The position numbers and the translations under genes are program-made. A DNA stretch of 64,000 bases. Source: Macrostomum hystrix. Its lineage: Eukaryota > Animalia > Platyhelminthes. The DNA lies in assembly GCA_950097015.1 (NCBI GenBank), contig CATNEN010000038.1:17608001-17672000 (forward strand). Direction: 5' to 3'. Positions 1 through 11,180 of this stretch are shown piece after piece. The notes under the pieces were generated by a model, which saw only the letters and a list, made by a program, of their open reading frames with translations, did not search any database and was not told the origin of the DNA. Positions within the stretch are counted from its first letter, which is position 1. Every line of letters begins with the position of its first letter.

Positions 1-320
1 ACAGAATGGATTGCTAGTCTAGCCTCTCAGTGAAGAAAGAAACAGAATGGATTGCTAGTCTAGCCTCTCAGTGAAGAAAGAAGCAGAATGGATTGTTAGT
101 CTAGCCTCTCAGTGAAGAAAGAAACAGAATGGATTGCTAGTCTAGCCTCTCAGTGAAGAAAGAAACAGAATGGATTGCTAGTCTAGCCTCTCAGTGAAGA
201 AAGAAACAGAATGGATTGCTAGTCTAGCCTCTCAGTGAAGAAAGAAGCAGAATGGATTGTTAGTCTATAGCCTCTTAGTGAAGAAAGAAACAGAATGGAT
301 TGCTAGTCTAGCCTCTCAGT
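1..320. repeat. Minisatellite, 41-bp unit (runs off the window start)
   Basis: ACAGAATGGATTGCTAGTCTAGCCTCTCAGTGAAGAAAGAA, ~8 copies. Confidence 0.97.
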
Positions 321-769
321 CAATAAAGGAGAGTGAATTGCAATGGATTAAAAGTCTTTAATCTAATTAATTAATTAATAATTATGTAGCAATCAAATGT
401 ATACATTTTGCTATGTATTCTCTTCAATTTACTTAATCAGAATGTGGGCTAAGTATTAACATGACTGAAAAGCACATTAGCTCCCCATGCAATTAATGAT
501 TGTCCTTACCAAGATTGTTTTGTCTGGAGTAAAAAAAATGCATTACCTAATCCGATGCTCATATATAGCTTTATTTGTATAAACAGTAATGCATTAGTGC
601 GTCTTAATCTTCTGAATCTCCCAATATCGCTACATGCATTTATTAACAGTATGACTTACAAGCCATTTTGCCACACGTTTTTATACCAATGTGGGGATTT
701 TTTGCAGCGCCTGAATGCTAACAGCGTTAGGTGGAGACTGATTGGTTGACAGACTAGGCGAGGGTGTCC

Positions 770-1145
770 TGTGGTTGAGCTGCGCCTAATAGTTAGGCTT
801 AACCAGTGAAATTTGAGAAATTCGCGTCAGGGTGTCCATAGTGACCTAGTTCCACCTGTTGTAGCCCTTGAAGGTCCAGCAGTCCGTTAAAATCAAGGTA
901 GGTGACCACCGAAGACGGAGATGATGCAGGGCACATTCGGGTGACGTGCTGATAAATTTTGAAGGCCTGGCAAGGCCGCAATGAGGCGGCGCAATGCTAA
1001 TTCGTGCATAGGGGTGCATGGAAAACACTAGCACTTGTGGGAAAAATCCGACCTTCGGCGAGAACCATCGAATATCTCGACGGTCTGATGAGCCGTGTTC
1101 TTGAGTTTCGTGGGCTTGCGTTGCTCCGTTCGGGTGTAGCACAAA
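770..1145 (-). mobile_element. Possible decayed gag-like ORF1 fragment of a non-LTR element
   Basis: GC-richer island; RPCQAFKIYQHVTRMCP resembles a degenerate CCHC zinc knuckle. Confidence 0.3.
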
Positions 1146-2139
1146 AATGGTAAGAATGGGGGGAATTCCTTACATTGGTAGTTCTACTGTTAATTCACTA
1201 ACTTTATCTTATAGGCGGTCCTAATATTTTCTAATTTTTTATTCTGACCAATCAGTTACGAGTATTATCTGTATCGCTACTCAACAGTGAGATTAACTAA
1301 ATCTTATCTCTTTTTTTCTAGACAAAATCAGACAAAGGCGCAAATTATACCATATCAGCCTCTAGACCAATCAAAAATGGACGCGAAAATCTCTTGCCTA
1401 ACCAATCAGAGAATGATAAAAATTTCTCCATGTTGACCAATCAGAAACAGAGATTGACACATACACAAATTTTACTCTTTCCCAATAATCTGGACGAATT
1501 ATAATACGATGGCACTCTTAATGATTGCCTGCAAGCTGACAAGCAAGAAATTTTTTATCACAAGTATTTGGAAAAAGAAACACATAAATAAATAAGAATG
1601 TGTTTCTTTAAATTCTGCTTTCAGTTAGTAAAAAATTGCAGCAAAAAAACCTTATTACAAGAAGCTTTGCTCTATATTTTTAGGCTCTATATTAGTACTA
1701 ATTTTCAATAACAGCCGAAGCCGAAGTCTCGTATTTTGGTGCTTAAAATAAACAAATAACAAAATAAGTAAGCGCGGAAGGCGTAACTCAGAAAACACAG
1801 CGCAGCTATATTTTGAACAGACCTGGAAAAAGTCTATGATACATCTTTGGCTCGCAGATTTTCTACTGGTTTTCGCTAACAGTAGCTCGCAACAATTCAT
1901 TTTACACGGCCAATCTGAATAGAATACTGGGTAACCCACAATACGAATTCATTAGTAAAGTGTGTACTCGCATGGAAAATCTGAAAAATACATAGGAAGT
2001 TTTAGTATACGTTTGCTTGTTAAAGACTAACTAAGCCAATTGTACTTGAAAGTTAATTCAACACAATCAAATCCTCTAAAACGAACAAATAAAAGCACAG
2101 TCTAATTATCGACCAATCATAAAACGGAAACTGAGTTTT

Positions 2140-2335
2140 GCTCCACGACCAATCAGAGAGCAGCTTACTGTTTACTCACCCCGACCAATCCGAGAACAAT
2201 AAACTGCTCATACCCTGACCAATCAGAGAGCAGCTAACTGTTTACTCACCACGACCAATCCGAGAACAAGAAACTGTTCATACTCTGACCAATCAGAGAG
2301 CAGCTAACTGTTTACTCACCCCGACCAATCCTAGA
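2140..2335. repeat. Degenerate ~70-bp tandem repeat rich in GACCAATC
   Basis: GACCAATCAGAGAGCAGCTAACTGTTTACTCACC..GACCAATCCGAGAAC, ~3 copies. Confidence 0.85.
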
Positions 2336-3535
2336 AGAGGAAATCCTTATTTTACGCCGTCAGACCAATAAGAGAATAGCACAACAGTTTAGGAAATCTT
2401 ATACCAACATGCATCGCAATATCGTAACACAAATTATTATTAGTAACTTATAGATTAAATGAGCTGAGATCGAGACATTTATAATTAATTGTCGCATTTT
2501 CATGGGCAGTGTTAAAAAACAAGGCCGTATCAGAAACAATCAGAGGCAAAATTGTTAGCTAGAAACTAACACTGAGCAATCATAGGCTGGCTAAGCGAAA
2601 CTAAATAACTGCGTGCTAATCCTAATCACAATTGTACAATACTAGTACAAATAAAAAGATCGCAATACAAGAAACACTAAGATCATTAAGTGCCAGCTAA
2701 AAAAGCTAACGAAAATCTCCATCGAGGAATCTGTTATAGTAGATTAGCTCTTTGAATAGCAAAAATACTTGGGAATTTTAATATACACTTTTGGTTAATT
2801 TTAAGCACTGTTGTATAGGTAAAGCTATGCCTAATTGCGCGATAGAAGCAAACAAGCAAGACGGAATATAAAATAAAAGCAGGGGCTATTTTGCGAAACG
2901 ACACCTGAAGCATATCTGGACTGATATAGAAAATTCTAGACATGTCACCAAGACTTGTCAATCAATTTTTTTATAATCTTCTTTATGTTTAGTTGGCACA
3001 TTTTTCAAAAGCCATATGACTATCCTGGTGACACATATAAAGATTTCGCACCGATAATCAATTACTAACAATAGCTAATAGTTTAATTCAATAAAAAAGC
3101 CTAGATAATTATATCTAAACAAATAATTTTAAATAACATATGAAAATCATCTTGCTAAAAATCTAAACAGAAATTTAAGAATCCAATTTATTAAAAAAAA
3201 CAACTTGTTCCACTAAAATAAAACTGAACTGCCACAACAAAACACCTGAACTATGGATTTCTAGGAAATTAAATGGACAAATGACAGCCAGACAATACGC
3301 AGTTATTGCTGGATCACATCTGTTGCAATATTTACAATGTAAAGCGATGGACCTGTTTGTAGCACAGAATAGAAAGGGACGAGAAAAGACAGTGGAACAA
3401 GTCAACTATTTGACACCCAGTGGAAGGCTGGACCACACACAACTCACCTACTTAACTAATCTGTGATTGAACGCAATACGATAATTAAATTGTTAACAAA
3501 CGATTTAGCAACAATTGTAGATAATCCACGGCGTA

Positions 3536-3985
3536 ACATCTCATAGGGTGAGATTAATCTATGGAGTCACATCTCTTAGGGTGAGATAATCTATGGAGTC
3601 ACATCTCATAGGGTGAGATAATCTATGGAGTCACATCTCATAGGGTGAGATAATCTATGGAGTCACACATCTTAGAGTGAGATAATCTATGGAGTCACAC
3701 ATCTTAGAGTGAGATAATCTATGGAGTCACATCTTTTAGGGTGAGATAATCCATGGAGTCACATCTTTTAGGGAGAGATAATCTATGGAGTCACACATCT
3801 TAGTGTGAGATAATCTATGGAGTCACACATCTTAGGGTGAGATAATCTATGGAGTCACATATTTTAGGGTGAGATAATCTATGGAGTCACATCTCTTAGG
3901 GTGAGATAATCTATGGAGTCACATCTTTTAGGGTGAGATAATCTATGGAGTCACATCTCTTAGGGGGAGATAATCTACGAGTCAC
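3536..3985. repeat. Minisatellite, 32-bp unit
   Basis: CATCTCATAGGGTGAGATAATCTATGGAGTCA, ~14 copies. Confidence 0.97.
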
Positions 3986-4106
3986 TAGTCTAATATATAA
4001 GTCACGTGATTAAAAAATATCAAGGTAAAAAATCATGGACAAATCGGAAAATAAATTCACACACCAAATCGATAAGGCAGGTAGGTCCAAACAAACAAAT
4101 CGCTAA

Positions 4107-7100
4107 CTACAAATCTTTTTTCCGCCCAGTCCCATTGCTGGCGGAAGCAACAGGCGGCTTAATTGGGCTGAAAAAGTCCGACTTAACTAGTCGGGCAAAC
4201 AGCACGCTGTTCATAACGCTGATGATGAGTAGGCCGGTGGCGCCCAGAGCGGCCACAGGTTTCGGCAGCTGGTCATAGCTTGACCACAACCAGCGCACCA
4301 TCCAGCTGGTGGTCAGGCCGCGGAAGGCTAAAAAACTCACTGGAATTGGAGTGCAAAATTTGTAATTAAGAAAGGGATTATTTTCTTTGGAATGGGAATT
4401 TTTAGTCTAGGGTGGAACTTCTTGGTGTAGAAAAGGGAGTTCTGGCAATGAGGATTCTTAATGTGGAGTAGGGATTTCTGTGAGATAGGGACTTTTATGT
4501 GTGAGGATGATTTTTTATGAAAGAAAGGGAATTTTTATTACAGTGTGGAAGATTCTTACTGTAGAATGGGGATTCTTAGTGAAGAATGGGGATTCTTAGT
4601 GAAGAATGGGGATTCTTAGTGAAGAATGGGAATTCTTAGTGAAGAATGGGAATTCTTAGTGAAGAATGGGGATTCTTAGTGAAGAATGGGGATTCTTAGT
4701 GAAGAATGGGAATTCTTAGTGAAGAATGGGGATTCTTAGTGAAGAATGGGGATTCTTAGTGAAGAATGGGAATTCTTAGTGAAGAATGGGGATTCTTAGT
4801 GAAGAATGGGGATTCTTAGTGAAGAATGGGGATTCTTAGTGAAGAATGGGGATTCTTAGTGAAGAATGGGAATTCTTAGTGAAGAATGGGGATTCTTAGT
4901 GAAGAATGGGGATTCTTAGTGAAGAATGGGGATTCTTAGTGAAGAATGGGGATTCTTAGTGAAGAATGGGAATTCTTAGTGAAGAATGGGGATTCTTAGT
5001 GAAGAATGGGGATTCTTAGTGAAGAATGGGAATTCTTACTGTAGAATGGGGATTCTTAGTGAAGAATGGGGATTCTTAGTGAAGAATGGGAATTCTTAGT
5101 GAAGAATGGGGATTCTTAGTGAAGAATGGGAATTCTTAGTGAAGAATGGGGATTCTTAGTGAAGAATGGGGATTCTTAGTGAAGAATGGGGATTCTTAGT
5201 GAAGAATGGGGATTCTTAGTGAAGAATGGGGATTCTTAGTGAAGAATGGGGATTCTTAGTGAAGAATGGGAATTCTTAGTGAAGAATGGGAATTCTTAGT
5301 GAAGAATGGGGATTCTTAGTGAAGAATGGGGATTCTTAGTGAAGAATGGGGATTCTTAGTGAAGAATGGGGATTCTTAGTGAAGAATGGGAATTCTTAGT
5401 GAAGAATGGGGATTCTTAGTGAAGAATGGGGATTCTTAGTGAAGAATGGGGATTCTTAGTGAAGAATGGGGATTCTTAGTGAAGAATGGGGATTCTTAGT
5501 GAAGAATGGGGATTCTTAGTGAAGAATGGGGATTCTTAGTGAAGAATGGGGATTCTTAGTGAAGAATGGGGATTCTTAGTGAAGAATGGGAATTCTTAGT
5601 GAAGAATGGGAATTCTTAGTGAAGAATGGGAATTCTTAGTGAAGAATGGGGATTCTTAGTGAAGAATGGGGATTCTTAGTGAAGAATGGGGATTCTTAGT
5701 GAAGAATGGGGATTCTTAGTGAAGAATGGGGATTCTTAGTGAAGAATGGGGATTCTTAGTGAAGAATGGGAATTCTTAGTTGTAGAATGAGGACTTTAAT
5801 TGCACGAGCGTATAATGGGGACTTTTAGTGTAGAATGGGGATTTTTTGTGCATATGGGGGATTTTTAGTATAGAATGGTGACTTTTAGTGTAGAATGGTG
5901 ATTTTAAGTGTAGAATGGGGGTTTTTAGTGATGGGTGGGATATTATAAGTGCAGAATGGGGATTTTTAGCTTAGAATAGGTATCTATGTGTAGGACAGGG
6001 ACTTTTAGCGCAGGGTTGGAATTTAAGCTTAGGATGCGGATTGATAGTATAGATTAGGTTTTTTATACATAATGATGATGGGGACATTTGTGAAGTGGGT
6101 ATTATTAAAACGATGAAAATTTTTGTGTGGAAACAAAATCTTATCATAGGATAAGGATTATTCTATTGGAATTGGGATTCCACAAATTAAAAAGCTGACA
6201 AGGTCAACGACTAATGAGACTCACCGACATTGCTGACACTGAGCAGTCTGTAGCCAATCGATTCCCTATTCGCCAGTCTCAAATTAGCCAACTGCCGACT
6301 GTGCAAGAATATGGAATTCACCTCCATAAATAGCGAGATAACAGCGAACGCAACGTAAGTCCGCTGCACCACAGCCAGTCCGTAGGTGATGAATATCTGG
6401 CAAATTGAACATCACATTTTAGTTATTTAATAACTGCGTAACAATACAAGAAGCGGTTAAAAAAATAAATAGCAACGAACACTGCATGACAATGACTAAA
6501 GAACGTACACAAGAGTATGTGCCTAAGTACATATCTATTAAAAATTATAAATTTATCGAAAAAACCAGGTAAAGCTGCGTCGAATAACTTGCACCTTGAC
6601 AACCTATTAACTATTAGTTTGTGTGTGCTTTATAACCATCTTAAGCTTTACAATTCGCTTAATAAAATAAACCCTAATGAAAACCTAATGAAATAAAAGT
6701 AGGAAATTCTTAATATTGCGCCCCCTGTAAAATAATCGCCCTTGTCTTCTCTAATCTCACCCTTGTCTTCTCTACTCTCACCCTTGTCTTCTCTAATCTC
6801 ACCCTTGTCTTCTCTACCCTCACCCTTGTCTTCTCTACTCTCACCCTTGTCTTCTCTACCATCACCCTTGTCTTCTCTAATCTCACCCTTGTCTTCTCTA
6901 ATCTCACCCTTGTCTTCTCTACTCTCACCCTTGTCTTCTCTAACCTCACCCTTGTCTTCTCTACTCTCACCCGTGTCTTCTCTACCATCACCCTTGTCTT
7001 CTCTAATCTCACCCTTGTCTTCTCTACTCTCACCCTTGTCTTCTCTACTCTCACCCTTGTCTTCTCTACACTCACCCTTGTTGTCTCTACCCTCACCATT

Positions 7101-10100
7101 GTTGTCTCTACCCTCACCCTTGTCTTCTCTACACTCACCCTTGTCTTCTCTACTCTCACCCTTGTCTTCTCTACCATCACCCTTGTCTTCTCTAATCTCA
7201 CCCTTGTCTTCTCTACTCTCACCCTTGTCTTCTCTACTCTCACCCTTGTCTTCTCTACCCTCACCCTTGTTGTCTCTACCCTCACCCTTGTTGTCTCTAC
7301 CCTCACCCTTGTCTTCTCTACTCTCACCCTTGTCTTCTCTACCCTCACCCTTGTCTCTACCCTCACCCTTGTTGTCTCTACCCTCACCCTTGTCTTCTCT
7401 ACCCTCACCCTTGTCTCCTCTACTCTCACCCTTGTCTTCTCTACTCTCACCCTTGTCTTCTCTACCCTCACCCTTGTCTCTACCCTCACCCTTGTTGTCT
7501 CTACCCTCACCCTTGTTGTCTCTACCCTCACCCTTGTCTTCTCTACTCTCACCCTCGTCTTCTCTACTCTCACCCTTGTTGTCTCTACCCTCACCCTTGT
7601 TGTCTCTACCCTCACCCTTGTTGTCTCTACCCTCACCCTTGTCTTCTCTACCCTCACCCTTGTTGTCTCTACCCTCACCCTTGTTGTCTCTACTCTCACC
7701 CTTGTTGTCTCTACCCTCACCCTTGTCTTTTCTACCCTCATCATTGTCTATTTTACCCTCACCCTTGTCTTCTCTATTCTCACCCTTGTCTTCTTTACTC
7801 TCATCTCTGTCCAGTATACTCTTACCCTTATACTCTTCTCTCTTAAAAATGTCTTCTTTTAAACTCTTCTCTTTTTTCCACTGCACTTTTAACAAGAAAA
7901 TTTCAAAAGTCAAAGTCGAATATAATATGCCCTTTTTCCATAAAATGAAGACATTGAACTGCAGCACAAGTACGAAGTATTAGGGCCAGGGGTAAGTAGC
8001 GTTTGCTAATGAAAAAACGCTTATCTAGACAGTGCGCCCCCTATCTGAGGGGTCACACAGGTGAGAGAACTTAATCCAGCTAATCACGCCACTACCACAC
8101 CGAGGCTGCGTGAAATTTTTGATCTCTAATTGGAAAATATTAAATCAATATTAAAAAGCTGTTTAAAAACAACCACCAGACTCACAATAAAATGATGCAA
8201 AAGTAGCTCGATTGTCTCCGTTGTGAGCTTTCTTCGGAGCATGTGAATACAGTCGTGAACGAAGTAGCCTAAAAGAGACAAATTTACGCTAATTGAGTTG
8301 ATAAATATATATAGATACATTTTATAGCAGATTGTGACACCTCAGGGAAGAATATTACCAGAAGATTGTGACACCTGAGGGAAGAATATTACCAGAAGAT
8401 TGTGACACCTGAGGGAAGAATATTACCAGAAGATTGTGACACCTGAGGGAAGAATATTACCAGAAGATTCTGACACCTGAGGGAAGAATATTACCAGAAG
8501 ATTGTGACACCTGAGGGAAGAATATTACCAGAAGATTGTGACACCTGAGGGAAGAATATTATCAGAAGATTGTGACACCTGAGGGAAGAATATTATCAGA
8601 AGATTGTGACACCTCAGGGAAGAATATTACCAGAAGATTGTGACACCTGAGGGAAGAATATTATCAGAAGATTGTGACACCTGAGGGAAGAATATTATCA
8701 GAAGATTGTGACACCTGAGGGAAGAATATTATCAGAAGATTGTGACACCTGAGGGAAGAATATTACCAGAAGATTGTGACACCTGAGGGAAGAATATTAC
8801 CAGAAGATTGTGACACCTGAGGGAAGAATATTATCAGAAGATTGTGACACCTGAGGGAAGAATATTACCAGAAGATTGTGACACCTGAGGGAAGAATATT
8901 ACCAGAAGATTGTGACACCTGAGGGAAGAATATTATCAGAAGATTGTGACACCTGAGGGAAGAATATTATCAGAAGATTGTGACACCTGAGGGAAGAATA
9001 TTACCAGAAGATTGTGACACCTGAGAATTAATATTATAGAAGATTGTGACATCTGAGGCTTAATTGGTGTAACTAACATAAAAATAATTATCTTCAAAGA
9101 GCATAAAGAGCTATACAACATTAAATTTACAATTTTATTAGTACCACTTACCTAAGGAGAAGCAGATAAGACTAAGTGCCATTGGAGTACAGGTGCCAAC
9201 AACATCCTCAAGCATTGCTGGCTGAAGGTAGACACTAAAACAAGATAAAAAGCTACTAAATTGTGATGTATTAATCAAATGTGTATCATTTACATAAAAC
9301 AAATAAATATGTAGCATAAAAATAAATTTATCTATGACTATATTACAAAAGAGAATAGAGTAAAACCTGGGCAAAAGTTTTCCTAATATTTTGTTTTATA
9401 GTATATCTTTAAGAGATATTAATGTTTGGTTGATATTCTCAAGTCCATATAGTGAATTTTCTGTGAACTGTCACATTATCATTAACTCAGTAAAATAAAT
9501 GCAATGTTATATTTATGTAATATATTAATTTTTGTTAAAAAACAAAACTAACAAAAAAAGAAACAAAAAATCTTGACACTAAGATCCCCATTGCAGCCAA
9601 TGGTCATTTTTGCAGTGTCAGGTACAAATTTAAAATATGGCTAGCGTGCTGGTGTACCAGCCATTGATCATATGTGGTGCTGCAAGCTGACCAAAGGCTC
9701 TTTTTGGGGGTTCATCACTGAACTGAATGACCTTTTTGGGGTTGGCACACTTGGCATGGTGTCCTATGTGATCTAGCGTAGTTTTTGGATTATGGCTAAG
9801 GAGTCTGGCACATTTTGGACCTTAGCTGTAATAGGGACTAAGATGATCAAATAACCTGTGTCTAATAATTGCCATAGACTTTTACATCAGTCATCAAAGT
9901 ATGCTAAAAAGCACATAAAAAACAAAAACATGAATTTATGCAATTAATTAAAAAAATGTTAACTAATGCTTTTTGGTTGTACAACTAATATATTTTTTCT
10001 TTATGTAAATAAATTTGTTTTTCTTTCAAGTCCATCTCATTAAGTAAAATTATATTGAATATGAAGCAGAAATCAGTAGAGCCCTTGAAGCCATATTATA

Positions 10101-10591
10101 AAATAAAGTACAAATAAATGTTTCCTTGGTCTGTTGAGGTCCTAGTATTGTAGTCAATTGCAGTGGTTAGGTTACACTCACCTCAAGATTGCTAGCAAAC
10201 CACTGAAAACTGAATGTATCTCTGATAAAAGGATGTTTTGTATTTTCCATAATCTTTTAGGATTACTTTTTTGCTGAGAAGACACTGTGTTACCATTTGT
10301 TTTAGCATTTGCATTGCCATTAGGCCTACCATTGGCATTGGTACTAGTCACATAATCAGATTGCTTATATAAGCAATCATTTCCATTAATTTCTTTGTGG
10401 GCGCTGATTGCACTAGTATAGCCACTTTTCGACTCAGAGTTAAAAGCTGCAAACAGCAGCTTATATAACGTAGATTCAGTGTTTTGAGATGCCCTAGTTA
10501 GTAAAACATCAATTATTACAAAGAATAATACAGTTAATAGAATGATAAGGGCTGAAGGTACTACTTCAATACAATCATCGCTTCTGTGCAT
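4107..10591 (-). CDS. TLC-domain membrane protein, TLCD1/TLCD2-like (5 exons, 326 aa)
   Basis: Exons 10591-10182, 9234-9152, 8268-8186, 6396-6225, 4339-4107; all GT-AG and phase-consistent (981 nt). Motifs WKIQNILLSEIHSVFSG, GYFVHD..LLLHH, LFMEVNSIFLHSR and RLVKSDF match TLCD1/2. C-terminus KKDL. Confidence 0.88.
4550..5780. repeat. Minisatellite, 20-bp unit (TLCD intron 4)
   Basis: GAAGAATGGG(G/A)ATTCTTAGT, ~61 copies, with degenerate flanks from ~4390 to ~6060. Confidence 0.98.
6737..7810. repeat. Minisatellite, 21-bp unit (TLCD intron 3)
   Basis: CTCACCCTTGTCTTCTCTACT variants. Confidence 0.97.
8329..9060. repeat. Minisatellite, 34-bp unit (TLCD intron 2)
   Basis: AGAAGATTGTGACACCTGAGGGAAGAATATTA(C/T)C. 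Confidence 0.97.
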
Positions 10592-11180
10592 GTCTGTTAT
10601 CAGCTTCTATTTGGGTCAACGTTATGATAGCTCCAAATAAATGTTATAATTTGTATAACCGGCCGGTTTAGCAGACTTAGCAGAGCCAGAGGCAAAGCAG
10701 CTATTTAAGAAATTTGTTTTATATTCTACGATCTCTAGTTTTATCGAACACCGATTTTTATTCCTTATAATTCTACCAAAACAATAATAATCAGATGGTA
10801 ATAAAACAAAACTACAGCGATGAGTAACGAACGATCAACTCTTACTCAATTACTTCCGTTTACACTACTAGGATTATGGTCTGGACCGCACGTGAAATTC
10901 AGTGGTTTTAAATAAAAAAAATTATATTTCTTAGGAAACCATTCGAACTAACAACTTTTTAACTTGTACCTCTAAACACAACTAAAAATATTGAAAATTT
11001 AAATGATAAGTATTTGGAATTGCATAAAAAGTTTTTGTATTAAAGTGTATAGTTTTAAATAAATTGCTTAAGCGTCTGCGATTAAATTTAAAAGAAATAT
11101 TCAGCTTAATTTTTTATTTTACTATCTCAATTCAGAGTTAGGCAAGAAAACCTTTAGGCTTTATGCTCTAATTGTCTGCA
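10592..11180. promoter_or_regulatory. Bidirectional promoter region between TLCD-like and MKS1, with candidate X-box (10926-10939) and ETS-like motif (10852-10858)
   Basis: Divergent start codons 590 bp apart; ATTTCTTAGGAAAC resembles the RFX X-box; ACTTCCG ETS core. Confidence 0.55.

Noticed and set aside
1056-1095. Hammerhead-like CGGC-GAGA-hairpin-CTGATGA-GCCG
   Set aside because: GAGA instead of GAAA, no stem III or UH cleavage site, single copy.
6648-7983. Long ORFs (439, 344, 413 aa) with periodic sequence
   Set aside because: Translations of a 21-bp stop-free minisatellite inside a TLCD intron; open in several frames on both strands.
8030-8050. CTCF-like GCGCCCCCT motif (also near 6718)
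   Set aside because: Partial match only; such motifs are common at MITE ends.
1-9060. 32-41-bp direct repeats as a CRISPR array
   Set aside because: Head-to-tail units with no unique spacers, no cas genes, eukaryotic context.
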